NCBI GenBank assembly: GCA_963843845.1
Contig: CAWJMB010000002.1
Coordinates: 192,001-256,000, forward strand
DNA: 64,000 nt
Source: an uncultured Gemmatimonadaceae bacterium
GTDB lineage: Bacteria > Gemmatimonadota > Gemmatimonadetes > Gemmatimonadales > Gemmatimonadaceae
Direction: 5' to 3'
In this document: one piece after another, positions 1 to 8,925 of the stretch
Position numbering within the stretch: the first letter of the stretch is position 1
How the letters are laid out: each line of letters opens with the position of its first letter
Made by a program: the position numbers and the translations under genes
Notes under the pieces: generated by a model
The model's input: only the letters and a program-made list of their open reading frames with translations
Databases searched by the model: none
What the model was told of the DNA's origin: nothing

Positions 1-548
1 CACGCGGTCGCCGGTGCGAGCCCGACGAGCGCGCCGAGCGTTCCCGCCGCCGCCGCCTCGTCGAGCAGCGCGAGCGCCGCCGTCGGCTCGCGCGAGAGCA
101 TCGCGACGACCTCCGCCGCCGCCCGGCGCGGCGCCGGCGCGTCGCCCGCCGTCCACAGGCCGAGCTGCCGCCACGCCCACGCGCGGGTGAAGTCGCCGCG
201 CGGCGCGTGGCGAACGACGTCGCGCATCGCGCCGTGCCGCGAGCCGTAGCGCACGACGTCGCGTCCGTCGTGGAGCGCGCGGGCGACCGCGTGCGCCACC
301 GCGAGACCCCACCGCGTCGCCTGCTCCGCCTCGCCGACGCCGGCCCCGAGTCGCACGGCGGCCGCGACGTGCCGCACGCACACCTCCTCGTCGTCGCCCA
401 CGCCGGCGCGGTGCAGCGCCGCGTCCAACTCGGCCCCGGCGCTGCCGACCGCGCGCGTCACGACGCGGTCGATGTGCTGCCGCGCCTCGACGTCGTTCGA
501 CGCGAGGTGGTAGCGGTTGCGCAGGCGCGCGATGCGGAGCGTCGTCAT
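1..548 (-). CDS. eCIS-associated hypothetical protein (5' part; runs off window)
   Basis: ATG at 548, just after the upstream stop; open frame MTTLRIARLRNRYHL...EEVCVRHV...VVRYGSR...RAWAWRQLGLW continues to the window edge; not in ORF track because it has no stop. Confidence 0.7.
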   Translation of the reverse strand, partial: MTTLRIARLRNRYHLASNDVEARQHIDRVVTRAVGSAGAELDAALHRAGVGDDEEVCVRHVAAAVRLGAGVGEAEQATRWGLAVAHAVARALHDGRDVVRYGSRHGAMRDVVRHAPRGDFTRAWAWRQLGLWTAGDAPAPRRAAAEVVAMLSREPTAALALLDEAAAAGTLGALVGLAPATA

Positions 549-556
549 GCGTGCGC

Positions 557-2875
557 TCAGCCGACGCGGCTCGTCGCGCCGAGCCGGCTCACGTCGGCCG
601 CCGCGGCCGTCGTCGGACGGCCGAGGATCGCGTCGCGCCCGATCGCGGTGCCGCCCAGCTGCACCGTCTGGAACCCGCCCGTCGGCCCGACGATCGACGA
701 CAGCGCGACGTGCAGCCCGCGCCCCACGCGCATCCCCGCGTCGACCGTGCAGACGTCGACGATCGTGTGCGCCGGGCGGTGGACGTCGAGGATGTGGTGC
801 ACGACGTCGAGCTGCTCTTCCGTCAGTGCGGCGGGGATGAGGACGGTGAAGCGGTGGGCGTGGGTGGTGAAGGCGTCGGGGGTCTCCGAGCCCCGATCCC
901 CGTCAGTGCCTAACGCCCCGCCGACGCGGAACCCCGCACCCACCACCGAGCTTCCGGACCCCCCACTCTCCCCCAGCACCGCCCCGCCGAGTCCGCGCAG
1001 CCGGAACTTCTCGATGAGGACGACGTCGACGCCGACGTAGAGCGAGAGGAAGCGCTCGAGTCCCGAGACCGTGCCGCGGGCGCGGAACAGCGACGCGATC
1101 TCGGCGACGACGTTGCGACGCGCGTCCACTGTGCGGCCGCCGGGACGCGGCGCGCGCGCCCACCGCTCGTCGAGCACGAGCCCCGCGAAGCTCGCGAGCC
1201 ACGGCAGCGCCTCGGCCGGCGTCGCGCGCGGGTCGAGCAACACGTGCCGCGCCTCCGAGCGCGCGTCCGCCTCGCCGAGGAACCCTTCGGCGATCGCGAG
1301 ATAGCGGCGCAGGAAGGCGGCGGTGGTCTCGTCGCGCGAGTAGAGCGTCGGGAGGCGCCGCAGGTAGTCGTGCGACGGGTACTCGGCGCGCAGGCAGCGA
1401 ACGCGCGGGGTGAGGTGCGTCGTGCCGCGCAGCTCGAGCACGAGCCACAAATAGCGCCCCGCTGGCGCGATGACCGGCGCCTCGTACGTGCGGAACGGGT
1501 CGTCGGCGGCCGGCTGTGCCCACGCGATCTCGCGCCCGCTCTCGCGCCGGTGCAGCGTCTGCGCGGCGGCGTCGGGCACGAGCGCGAGCGGCGGCATCGG
1601 CGGCGACAGATCGGGGCGCAGCACCGTGACGTCCGTGAGGTTCGCGGGCGGAACGCGCGGCAGGCGCGGCGACGCGGCGTCGTCGTCCTCGTCGTCGTCC
1701 GCGGTGATCGCGTGCAGGCGGACCTCGGTGCCGTCGGGGATGCACGCGTCGAGGAAGACGCGCCCCCACTGCATGGCGAACGCGCCGCTGTCGAGCCGGT
1801 ACGTGACGAGGCGGCCGGTGGGCACGTAGGTGAGCCGCGCCGGGACCGCGCGCCGGAAGCCGCGCTCGGTCCAGTAGCCGACCCGCCAGCTCGCGTCGTC
1901 GCAGGCGCACCCGTCGTCGTCGCCCTCGCACGCGCATCCCGCCCCGTCACCTTGCGCGGCGCGACCGGGCAGACGCTCGGGCGTGCGGACGATGCCGGCG
2001 CCGTCGTAGCCGCGCGCGCGGAGCGGCGACAGCAGCTCGACCGCGGCACCGTCGATGCGGCGCCGCGTGAAGTCCGCGCCCGGCCGCCGCGCGACGACGA
2101 GCACGTGCTCCGACTCCCACTCGACGTCGGTCGCGCCGGGCTCGTCGAACGTCGTCTGCTCGGCGCCGACCGGATCGAGCACGTGGACCGTCGCCGCCAC
2201 GGTGCCGGCGCGCGACAGCACGGCGAGCGCGCCGCGCGTCGGCGAGACGGCGACGCGCGACGGGCGGTCGCACGCCGGCGGCAGCGGAACGATCACCGGA
2301 TCGGAGCGCACCGTGAGGCGCACCACGGCCCGCGCCGCGTCGAGCACGGCGTAGACGCGCGCGCCGAACGCCGCGAGGTCGGTCGGGCGCGCGCCGGGGA
2401 GCGCGACGCGGCGCAGCAGGCGGCGGCCCCACAGATCGAACACGAGGAGCTGATCGGCGCCCGACTCGGCGACGAACAGGCGGTCGTCGGCGTCGACGGC
2501 GAGGCCGGCGACGTCGCGGAGTGCCGACGGCGCGCCGCCGGTGAAGTCGCCGAACGAGTCGGCGTCGCCGGTCGCGAACAGCGGGACCGAGTCGTCGGGG
2601 ACGGCGAGATCCCTCGCTGCGCTGGGGGCGACGTTCTGGAGGCCGATCCGATCCACGCGCCCCGCGTCGGGCACGCCGTGGTACAGTCGGCACGCGGCGT
2701 CGAACGCGAGGCCGCCGAACGGTACGCGACCGCCACGCGCGCCCTCGTCCTGCGTCGTCGTGCTCCACGCGAGCGAGATGACGCCCGCCTCGTGGTCGAG
2801 GAAGACGCCGTCGAACGACGACCGCACCCACTGGTCGCCGCTCCGGACGAGCGCGAACGGGCGTGTCGCCGGCAC
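557..2875 (-). CDS. Phage tail protein I-like baseplate wedge protein with N-terminal NHL/beta-propeller region
   Basis: C-terminal YLRRLPTLY..FLRRYL..LLDPRATPAEALPWLASFAGL..RARGT..GL (P2 gpI-like); N-terminal GLAFDAACRLY and GLAVDADDRLFVAE NHL-like blades; abuts baseplate J. Confidence 0.8.
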   Translation of the reverse strand: MPATRPFALVRSGDQWVRSSFDGVFLDHEAGVISLAWSTTTQDEGARGGRVPFGGLAFDAACRLYHGVPDAGRVDRIGLQNVAPSAARDLAVPDDSVPLFATGDADSFGDFTGGAPSALRDVAGLAVDADDRLFVAESGADQLLVFDLWGRRLLRRVALPGARPTDLAAFGARVYAVLDAARAVVRLTVRSDPVIVPLPPACDRPSRVAVSPTRGALAVLSRAGTVAATVHVLDPVGAEQTTFDEPGATDVEWESEHVLVVARRPGADFTRRRIDGAAVELLSPLRARGYDGAGIVRTPERLPGRAAQGDGAGCACEGDDDGCACDDASWRVGYWTERGFRRAVPARLTYVPTGRLVTYRLDSGAFAMQWGRVFLDACIPDGTEVRLHAITADDDEDDDAASPRLPRVPPANLTDVTVLRPDLSPPMPPLALVPDAAAQTLHRRESGREIAWAQPAADDPFRTYEAPVIAPAGRYLWLVLELRGTTHLTPRVRCLRAEYPSHDYLRRLPTLYSRDETTAAFLRRYLAIAEGFLGEADARSEARHVLLDPRATPAEALPWLASFAGLVLDERWARAPRPGGRTVDARRNVVAEIASLFRARGTVSGLERFLSLYVGVDVVLIEKFRLRGLGGAVLGESGGSGSSVVGAGFRVGGALGTDGDRGSETPDAFTTHAHRFTVLIPAALTEEQLDVVHHILDVHRPAHTIVDVCTVDAGMRVGRGLHVALSSIVGPTGGFQTVQLGGTAIGRDAILGRPTTAAAADVSRLGATSRVG

Positions 2876-5059
2876 CTAGCACTCCTCCCGCAGCGTCGGG
2901 ATCGGCACCGGCGTCTTCGACGGCGGCACGGGGCCCAGCGCCTCGCCGGGAACGAGCGGCGCACCCTGCACGACCGTGATCTCCGCCAGCTCCGGCACCT
3001 CCCACGGCCGCAGCGTCACGCGCTGATCGGCGGCCGGCTCCCAGGCGTTCGCGCGCTCGTTCCACGCGGCGACCGAGAGCCCGTGCAGGAAGTCGACCCC
3101 CTCGACCTGCAGCGCCGCGGCCTCGAGCTCCGGCCCGTACACGTCGCGCCGCAGCGGCCACCCGCCGCCGTCGGGGCCGTAGGGCGGCAACGGCGCGAGG
3201 TACTGCCGAACGACGAGCTCGACCCAGCGCCGCACGGCCTCGATGCCGTACCCCGGCTTCGCTTCCAGCCCGACGGCGACCGCGACGCGCCGGTACGTCG
3301 GCGGGATGACGTGCAGCTCCGTCGTCACGAGCCGGCGCGCGTCGAGCCACGCGCAGACGGCGCGGAGCAGCGTGCGGTCGGGCATCGGCGCGTTCGGGTG
3401 CAGCGCGTCCTCGCGCGGCCACACGACGACCGTGACGACGCCGGCGGCTTCGACGTTCGGCATCGCGCGCACCAGCCGCGGCAGGCACTCCGCGCGCCCG
3501 ACGCCGGCGCCGGGCGTCATGAGCGCCAGCTCGCGGAAGTCGCTCTCCGTCACGGCGCGGTCGTGGCGCCGGAACTCGCCCGGGATGCGTTCGAGCCCCT
3601 CGGCGACCGTCTCCGCGGGCGCGCCGCCGCGCGCGGCGAGCGGGTTCGACGCTCTCACCTGCGCCACGCCGGTGACTTTGCCGATCGCCTTCGGTGCGAC
3701 GTTCCCCGCGGCGCCGCCGCCGTACTGGTAGCTGCGCGCGCGAATGCGCTCGCCGATCCCCGGCACGCTGCCGCGCACGCCGTTGCCGAAGCGCACGACG
3801 CCCGCCTCGGGGTCGAGCGTGTAGTGGCGCGCGTCGGCGCGGCTCGTGTCGAGCGTGGTCGTCTCCTGCCAGTCGACCCAGCGGCCGTCGTGCTCGACCT
3901 GCAGCTGCACCGTTCCCGGCAGCACCGGCGTGTGCACGAGCGCCGCGCGCTGTCCCGCGTCGCCGGTGCCGCCGCCCAACAGCTCGGGGGGCGCCGTGCG
4001 CAGCTGCACGACCTCGGTCGCGTTGATCCCGACGTACGACACCCGTCCGATCCGCAGGTCGGCGCGGCGGCGCGTCGCGCGCACCCAGAACAGCACGCGC
4101 GCCTGCTCCTCGGCCTGCTCCAGCACGGGGGGGAAGTCGCCGGTGCCCAGCAGATACTCGTCGCCCGGGTCGGGGACGCCGACGGCGAGCGGATCGCTCG
4201 GAAGCCGCAGCCGCACGACGCCCTGCCGCGTGACGCCGGCGGTCGTGTCTCCCTCGACGGCGAGCGGCACGAAGCGGGGTCTCCCGTTCACCACCGTCGC
4301 CGTCGTCGCCTGCCACAGCATCTCGGGGCCGTTCCCGGCGCGCGTCCCGGGCACGCCCGACGCGATCTCGTCGTCCGGCGCGATCTGCTCGTCGAGTACG
4401 ATGCCGAAGTTGAGGACCGCGCCGCCCAACAGATCCGGGTCGGTCGTCCGCGTGCGCAGCACCGCGATCCACAGCGCGCCGTCGACGGTCGCGCCGACGT
4501 CGACCGCCTGCGCGCTCGGCGCCGCGGGATCGGTGGGCACGGTGCGCACCACGTAGTAGCCGGCGCTCTCCGTATCGGTGAGCCCGTCGAGCGCGTCGAT
4601 CGACGCGTTCGCGAAGTCGAGGGCTTCCGCCGTCGTCGGTGGTGGCGCGGCGACGCGTGCGACGGCCGTCGCGCCTAACGGCCAGGCGACGACTTCACTC
4701 CCCGTCTCGAACGAGACCGCGCCCGCCTTCGCCTCGGTGCGCAGCGCCACGCGCACCGGCCCGCCCGCGCTCGGCCCCGTGTCGACGCGCTCGAGGGTGA
4801 TCAGCGCGCGCGCCGGCGTCGCCGCGCGGAGCGGGATCTCGAGCAGCGACAGGAACGCGAGCTGTGTCGCCTCGGGGATCTGGTTGAACCGGTACAGCAG
4901 GTTCTCGCCGAGGAACGCGAACAGCTCGAGGAGCGTGACCCCGGGGTCGCTCGCGTTGTGATCGGTCCACTCCGGCGTGTAGACCGGGATGCGCCGAACG
5001 AGCTCGTCGCGGAGCTGCTGATACGTGCGGTCGTCGAGAATCGGGACGGGGAGTGGCAT
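2876..5059 (-). CDS. Baseplate J/gp47-like protein (Afp11-like)
   Basis: MPLPVPILDDRTYQQL..PEWTDHNASDPGVTLLELFA; VRFGNGVRG; RAVTESDF motifs. Confidence 0.93.
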   Translation of the reverse strand: MPLPVPILDDRTYQQLRDELVRRIPVYTPEWTDHNASDPGVTLLELFAFLGENLLYRFNQIPEATQLAFLSLLEIPLRAATPARALITLERVDTGPSAGGPVRVALRTEAKAGAVSFETGSEVVAWPLGATAVARVAAPPPTTAEALDFANASIDALDGLTDTESAGYYVVRTVPTDPAAPSAQAVDVGATVDGALWIAVLRTRTTDPDLLGGAVLNFGIVLDEQIAPDDEIASGVPGTRAGNGPEMLWQATTATVVNGRPRFVPLAVEGDTTAGVTRQGVVRLRLPSDPLAVGVPDPGDEYLLGTGDFPPVLEQAEEQARVLFWVRATRRRADLRIGRVSYVGINATEVVQLRTAPPELLGGGTGDAGQRAALVHTPVLPGTVQLQVEHDGRWVDWQETTTLDTSRADARHYTLDPEAGVVRFGNGVRGSVPGIGERIRARSYQYGGGAAGNVAPKAIGKVTGVAQVRASNPLAARGGAPAETVAEGLERIPGEFRRHDRAVTESDFRELALMTPGAGVGRAECLPRLVRAMPNVEAAGVVTVVVWPREDALHPNAPMPDRTLLRAVCAWLDARRLVTTELHVIPPTYRRVAVAVGLEAKPGYGIEAVRRWVELVVRQYLAPLPPYGPDGGGWPLRRDVYGPELEAAALQVEGVDFLHGLSVAAWNERANAWEPAADQRVTLRPWEVPELAEITVVQGAPLVPGEALGPVPPSKTPVPIPTLREEC

Positions 5060-5063
5060 CAGG

Positions 5064-5450
5064 TCACTCCAGGTAGAACGGATACACGAGATTCCCCGGG
5101 CGCTGGTCGCGCACGTGCACGTACGCGATGCGGATGAGCACGAGCGACGGGTCGTCGCCCGGGTCGACGGCGAGGTCGGTCAGTCGGACGCGCGGCTCCC
5201 ACGCGCCCAGCGCGAGCTCGACGTCGTGCTTGATGAGTGCGCGCGTCGCGCCGGTGTTCGGCCGCATGAGGTAGCGCCGCAGTCCGCAGCCGAACGACGG
5301 GCGCATGATCCGCTCGCCGGGCTCGGTGTCGAGGATGATGCGGATCGACTGCTGCACCTTGTCCGGCCCGCCCGCGTACTCGAGCGCGCCGCGATCGTTC
5401 GGCACGACCGGGAACGCCCACCCGCGGCCGAGGAAGCGGAGCGCGCTCAT
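5064..5450 (-). CDS. gp25/GPW baseplate protein (Afp9-like)
   Basis: FLGRGWAFP..QSIRIILDTEPGERIMRPSFGCGL..WEPRV..NLVYPFYL. Confidence 0.95.
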   Translation of the reverse strand: MSALRFLGRGWAFPVVPNDRGALEYAGGPDKVQQSIRIILDTEPGERIMRPSFGCGLRRYLMRPNTGATRALIKHDVELALGAWEPRVRLTDLAVDPGDDPSLVLIRIAYVHVRDQRPGNLVYPFYLE

Positions 5451-5457
5451 GAGGGCC

Positions 5458-6993
5458 TCATGGCCGCGCGACCTCCGCCTCGAAGCTCACGCCGGCGGTC
5501 AGACTCGGACCCGTCGCAGCTGACGATGCCGCGGCGAGCTGCACGCCGAGGTTCGCGCCGGCGATGGGGGAGAACTCGGTCTTGAGCGCCTCGGCGATCG
5601 CCGGCGTGGTGCCGAAGCTCGCGTCGATGCTCGCGTCGACGCTCGCTTCGAGGTCGGCCTCGAACGCGAGCGACGCGCTCGTGACGTCGATCTCCGCGGT
5701 GACGCCGGCGGCGAGCTCGATCTCGGGCGGGATGCAGAACTTGAGCTTCAGCATGAACCACAGCCCGAACAGGATCATCACGACCGGCAGGAACAGCTCG
5801 AACACGAACGACGCGACGATCGTGATGAGCGGGATCGAGAACGAGCAGATCTCGGGGAACGACGAGCGCCCGTGCGAGCCGATCGTGCCGTCTTCCTTGC
5901 CCGCGACCATGAGCGCGCCCTTCGGCTTCGCGAACGCCACCCCGAACGTCGGCGTCGCCTGCGCGGCGAGCGCGTCGAGGTCGGGCATCTGCACGGTCAC
6001 CGGCCGCCTGCTCGTCCCGACCACGTCGAAGTGCGCCGCCAGCCTGTACGGGTCGCTCGGCGCGCTCCAGAACAGGCCGTCTGGGCACGGGCAGCGTACG
6101 GCGCGCGGGTGCGGCTTCAGGTGCCGCCGCGCGTAGCAGGCGATCTCGTAGAACTGCCCGTCGTCGAAGCGCGCGCGCCCGCGGTCGTCGGTCTCGCCGG
6201 TGCCGGTCGGGAGCAGGCCGAAGTACAGTGTGCCGAAGTGCCCGTCGTGTTTGCGGTCGGTCGGCGGCGCGATCAGCGGGTAGAGCGGAAACGTCGCCTC
6301 CCCCGCGATCTCGCTCGGCGCGCTGCGCACGGGGTGCCAGGCGCCGACCCTGTCCGCCGTCGCGCTCGGGAACCACCCCTGCAACTGCGGTGCGACGCCG
6401 AAGCGCAGCGCCCACGCGTGCAGCCGCTCGCGCTCCTGCGTGAGGCGCGCCCGCGTGCTCGCCCGCCGCGCCTCGACGAGGACGCCGCCGCCCGACTCGA
6501 GCGACGCCAGCTCCTGCCGCGCGCCGGTGATCGAGCGCAGCAGCGTCCCCGCCTCCCGCGCCCCGGCGCTCGGCACGTCGGTCGTGCGGCGCCGCACGAC
6601 GAAGCCCGCCTCGCAGACGTCGCCGCGCGCCGCGTTCGGGAAGCCGGGCGTGTCGCAGTGCAGTTCGACGACGACGAGATAGAAGCGCTTGTGCGTGTCG
6701 AGGAACACCTTGCGCGTGTTCGTGCCGTCGGGGACGTACTCGAGCTCCGTGAGTCGGCGCGGCCTGCCGTTGCTGCCGAGCGGGATCGCCGCCGCGGCCC
6801 GCGCGACGTGGACGAGGTCCTCGGTCGTGAAGCGGAGCGACCGCTGCGGGTGCGCGAGGAACTGCTCGACGAGCTTCGGGCTGTCGTACTTCTGCAGCAC
6901 GGGGCGCGTGAGCCGCCCGCCCTGCGTGTCCGCCGGGTTCGGCCAGCGCCACCACGGCGCGACGAGCAGCCAGTCGTGCGACGTCTCAGGCAC
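5458..6993 (-). CDS. eCIS-associated uncharacterised protein with predicted transmembrane hairpin
   Basis: 511-aa ORF between gpV and gp25; long hydrophobic stretch ICSFSIPLITIVASFVFELFLPVVMILFGLWFMLKLKFCIPP. Confidence 0.8.
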   Translation of the reverse strand: MPETSHDWLLVAPWWRWPNPADTQGGRLTRPVLQKYDSPKLVEQFLAHPQRSLRFTTEDLVHVARAAAAIPLGSNGRPRRLTELEYVPDGTNTRKVFLDTHKRFYLVVVELHCDTPGFPNAARGDVCEAGFVVRRRTTDVPSAGAREAGTLLRSITGARQELASLESGGGVLVEARRASTRARLTQERERLHAWALRFGVAPQLQGWFPSATADRVGAWHPVRSAPSEIAGEATFPLYPLIAPPTDRKHDGHFGTLYFGLLPTGTGETDDRGRARFDDGQFYEIACYARRHLKPHPRAVRCPCPDGLFWSAPSDPYRLAAHFDVVGTSRRPVTVQMPDLDALAAQATPTFGVAFAKPKGALMVAGKEDGTIGSHGRSSFPEICSFSIPLITIVASFVFELFLPVVMILFGLWFMLKLKFCIPPEIELAAGVTAEIDVTSASLAFEADLEASVDASIDASFGTTPAIAEALKTEFSPIAGANLGVQLAAASSAATGPSLTAGVSFEAEVARP

Positions 6994-6999
6994 AGGTCG

Positions 7000-7668
7000 T
7001 CACCAGATGTTGCCGGCGCCCGGCGTGTAGGCCGGCGACACGACACCGCTCGACGCGACCAGCGTCGTGCACTGCACGATCCCGTCGAACACCGCGACCG
7101 GCGCGTGCACGTTCAGCGCGCTCGCCGTCACCTCGACCGTGCTGTTCGCGACGATCTCGATCTGCCCCGCGGCCGTGAAGGTGACGTGCGCGCCGTTCGC
7201 GTGCGTGAGCCGGATCTCCTGCGACACGTCGTCGAGCACGAGCTCGTGCCCGCTCGCCATCGACAGCGTGACCTTCGCCGCGCCACTCGTATCGTCGAAC
7301 TCGAGCCGGCTGCCGCTGCGCGTCTTCCAGACGCGGATGTCGTTCGCCGCGGTCGGCGACTCGGGCAGCGCCGCCCGCCCGTTCCAGCAGGCGCCGACGA
7401 TGTACGGCCGCCGCAGGTCCCCCGCCTCGAACGCGACGACGACCTGCGTGTCGACGTCGGGGAGGATCTCGATCCCCTGGTCGTCGTCCGCGTACGGCGT
7501 GCACAGCGTCGCCCACCCCCGCACGTCCTCCCCCGCGACGCCGAGCCACGGAAAGCCGACCTCGATGCGGCCCAGCGCGTCGGGGTCGACGAGGTCGGTG
7601 ACGATCGCCGGGTAGACGCCGAAGTGGCGCGGCGCGCCGCCGTCAGCTGCAACGTCGCCGATCTTCAC
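7000..7668 (-). CDS. Baseplate assembly protein V / gp5 OB-fold spike
   Basis: GTG overlaps upstream TGA; GVYPAIVTDLVDPDALGRIEV.FPW..WA..LPDVDTQVVVAFEAGD..PYIVG..WNG; beta-helix-like C-terminus. Confidence 0.92.
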   Translation of the reverse strand: MKIGDVAADGGAPRHFGVYPAIVTDLVDPDALGRIEVGFPWLGVAGEDVRGWATLCTPYADDDQGIEILPDVDTQVVVAFEAGDLRRPYIVGACWNGRAALPESPTAANDIRVWKTRSGSRLEFDDTSGAAKVTLSMASGHELVLDDVSQEIRLTHANGAHVTFTAAGQIEIVANSTVEVTASALNVHAPVAVFDGIVQCTTLVASSGVVSPAYTPGAGNIW

Positions 7669-8753
7669 GCGGCCCCCTCGTTCAGCGTCGCGCGCTCCGC
7701 CTCGAAGTACGTGCGGAAGCCCTGCTCGAGGTCGTACGTGTGGCTCACCCGCGTGACGTAGTAGCCGCCGCCGAGGAACGGCGTGCCGACCCGCTCGAGC
7801 GCGATGCGGCTCCCGACGACCATGTCGGCGCTGCCGTGCGTCAGCCCGGTCACCGTCACGAAGCCCCGCGCGCGGCGCAGCATCTCCGCCGTCGCCCACG
7901 CCCGCGCCTCCTCCGCGCCCAACGGATTCTCGCGGACGCGGAACGACGCGCGCGCTCCGAACGCACGCTCGAGCACCGCCGGCCCCGTCCGCCCGCCCGT
8001 GACCTCGGCGTCGACGGCGTCGTGCTCGGCGGACTCGTCGACACGCTCGCGCCGCGTCGCGTCGTAGCCGCTCACCGTGACGCTCGTGCGCTGGTGCGCG
8101 AGGTCGGCGCGGCAGCGCACGTCGAGCAGGTCGGAGCCGGCGATCAGCGTCAGCTCGGTCGAGCTGCGGTTGCCGCGCGTCGCGAAGTGCAGCGTGTCGC
8201 CGTCGAGCCACAGCTCCGCCTGCAGCAGCCGCGCGCGCTCGCGCAGAAACGCGAGGTCGCTCTGGTTCCACTGCTGCACGACGCGGTACGTCGGCCCGTC
8301 GGCGTCGGCCGCGACCTGCAACCCGTGCTCGCCGCCGATCTCCCGCGCGATGTCGGCGTCGCTCATGTCGGCGTACGTCCGCATGCGCCGCGTCTGCCGC
8401 AGCGTCATCAGCCCGTCTTCCGCATACACCACGACGCTCGGCGATTCGCCGATGCGGACGACGGACTCGAGCGCGCTCACGCGACCCACGAACACGACGT
8501 ACGCGCCGTCGCCGCCGCCGATCGAGACGCCGAGCTCGGCGCCGAAGTCGAGCACGGCGCCGTCGAGCCACAGCTCGCGCTCCTCGTTGACGTTCGGCGT
8601 CGGCCCGAACCCGGTGAGATGCAACTCGAGCGTCTTCATGCCGTCGGTCGCTTCGTCGACGCGCAGGAACGTGAGGTCGCGCGCGAGCGCACCCTGCTCG
8701 ACGCCGGCGACCGTGAAGACGGGGCTGGTCGAGACGAGGAGCTCAGTCGGCAT
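7665..8753 (-). CDS. Phage late control D / VgrG N-terminal hub protein (Afp8-like)
   Basis: RRMRTYADMSDADIAREI..VVQQWNQSDLAFLRERAR; GGGYYVTRVSHTYD. Confidence 0.92.
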   Translation of the reverse strand: MPTELLVSTSPVFTVAGVEQGALARDLTFLRVDEATDGMKTLELHLTGFGPTPNVNEERELWLDGAVLDFGAELGVSIGGGDGAYVVFVGRVSALESVVRIGESPSVVVYAEDGLMTLRQTRRMRTYADMSDADIAREIGGEHGLQVAADADGPTYRVVQQWNQSDLAFLRERARLLQAELWLDGDTLHFATRGNRSSTELTLIAGSDLLDVRCRADLAHQRTSVTVSGYDATRRERVDESAEHDAVDAEVTGGRTGPAVLERAFGARASFRVRENPLGAEEARAWATAEMLRRARGFVTVTGLTHGSADMVVGSRIALERVGTPFLGGGYYVTRVSHTYDLEQGFRTYFEAERATLNEGAA

Positions 8754-8925
8754 AGCTCTCCGCCCGCGTGCGCTCCGCGATCCGCGCCCGCCGCTCTGCC
8801 GCGCGCTCCTGCCGAACGATGTCGGACGGCGAGTCGCCCGATCCGCTCGGCGCGCGCGGCGCGGCCGCCGGCGGCGTCGGCTCGTAGCTCACGTCGGTCG
8901 TCACGTCGTCGATGTGCACGGGCAT
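8743..8925 (-). CDS. Small eCIS protein (60 aa)
   Basis: MPVHIDDVTTDVSYEP...; ATG overlaps upstream TGA and the stop overlaps the downstream start; MPV.I-type N-terminus resembles small eCIS proteins. Confidence 0.7.
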   Translation of the reverse strand: MPVHIDDVTTDVSYEPTPPAAAPRAPSGSGDSPSDIVRQERAAERRARIAERTRAESYAD

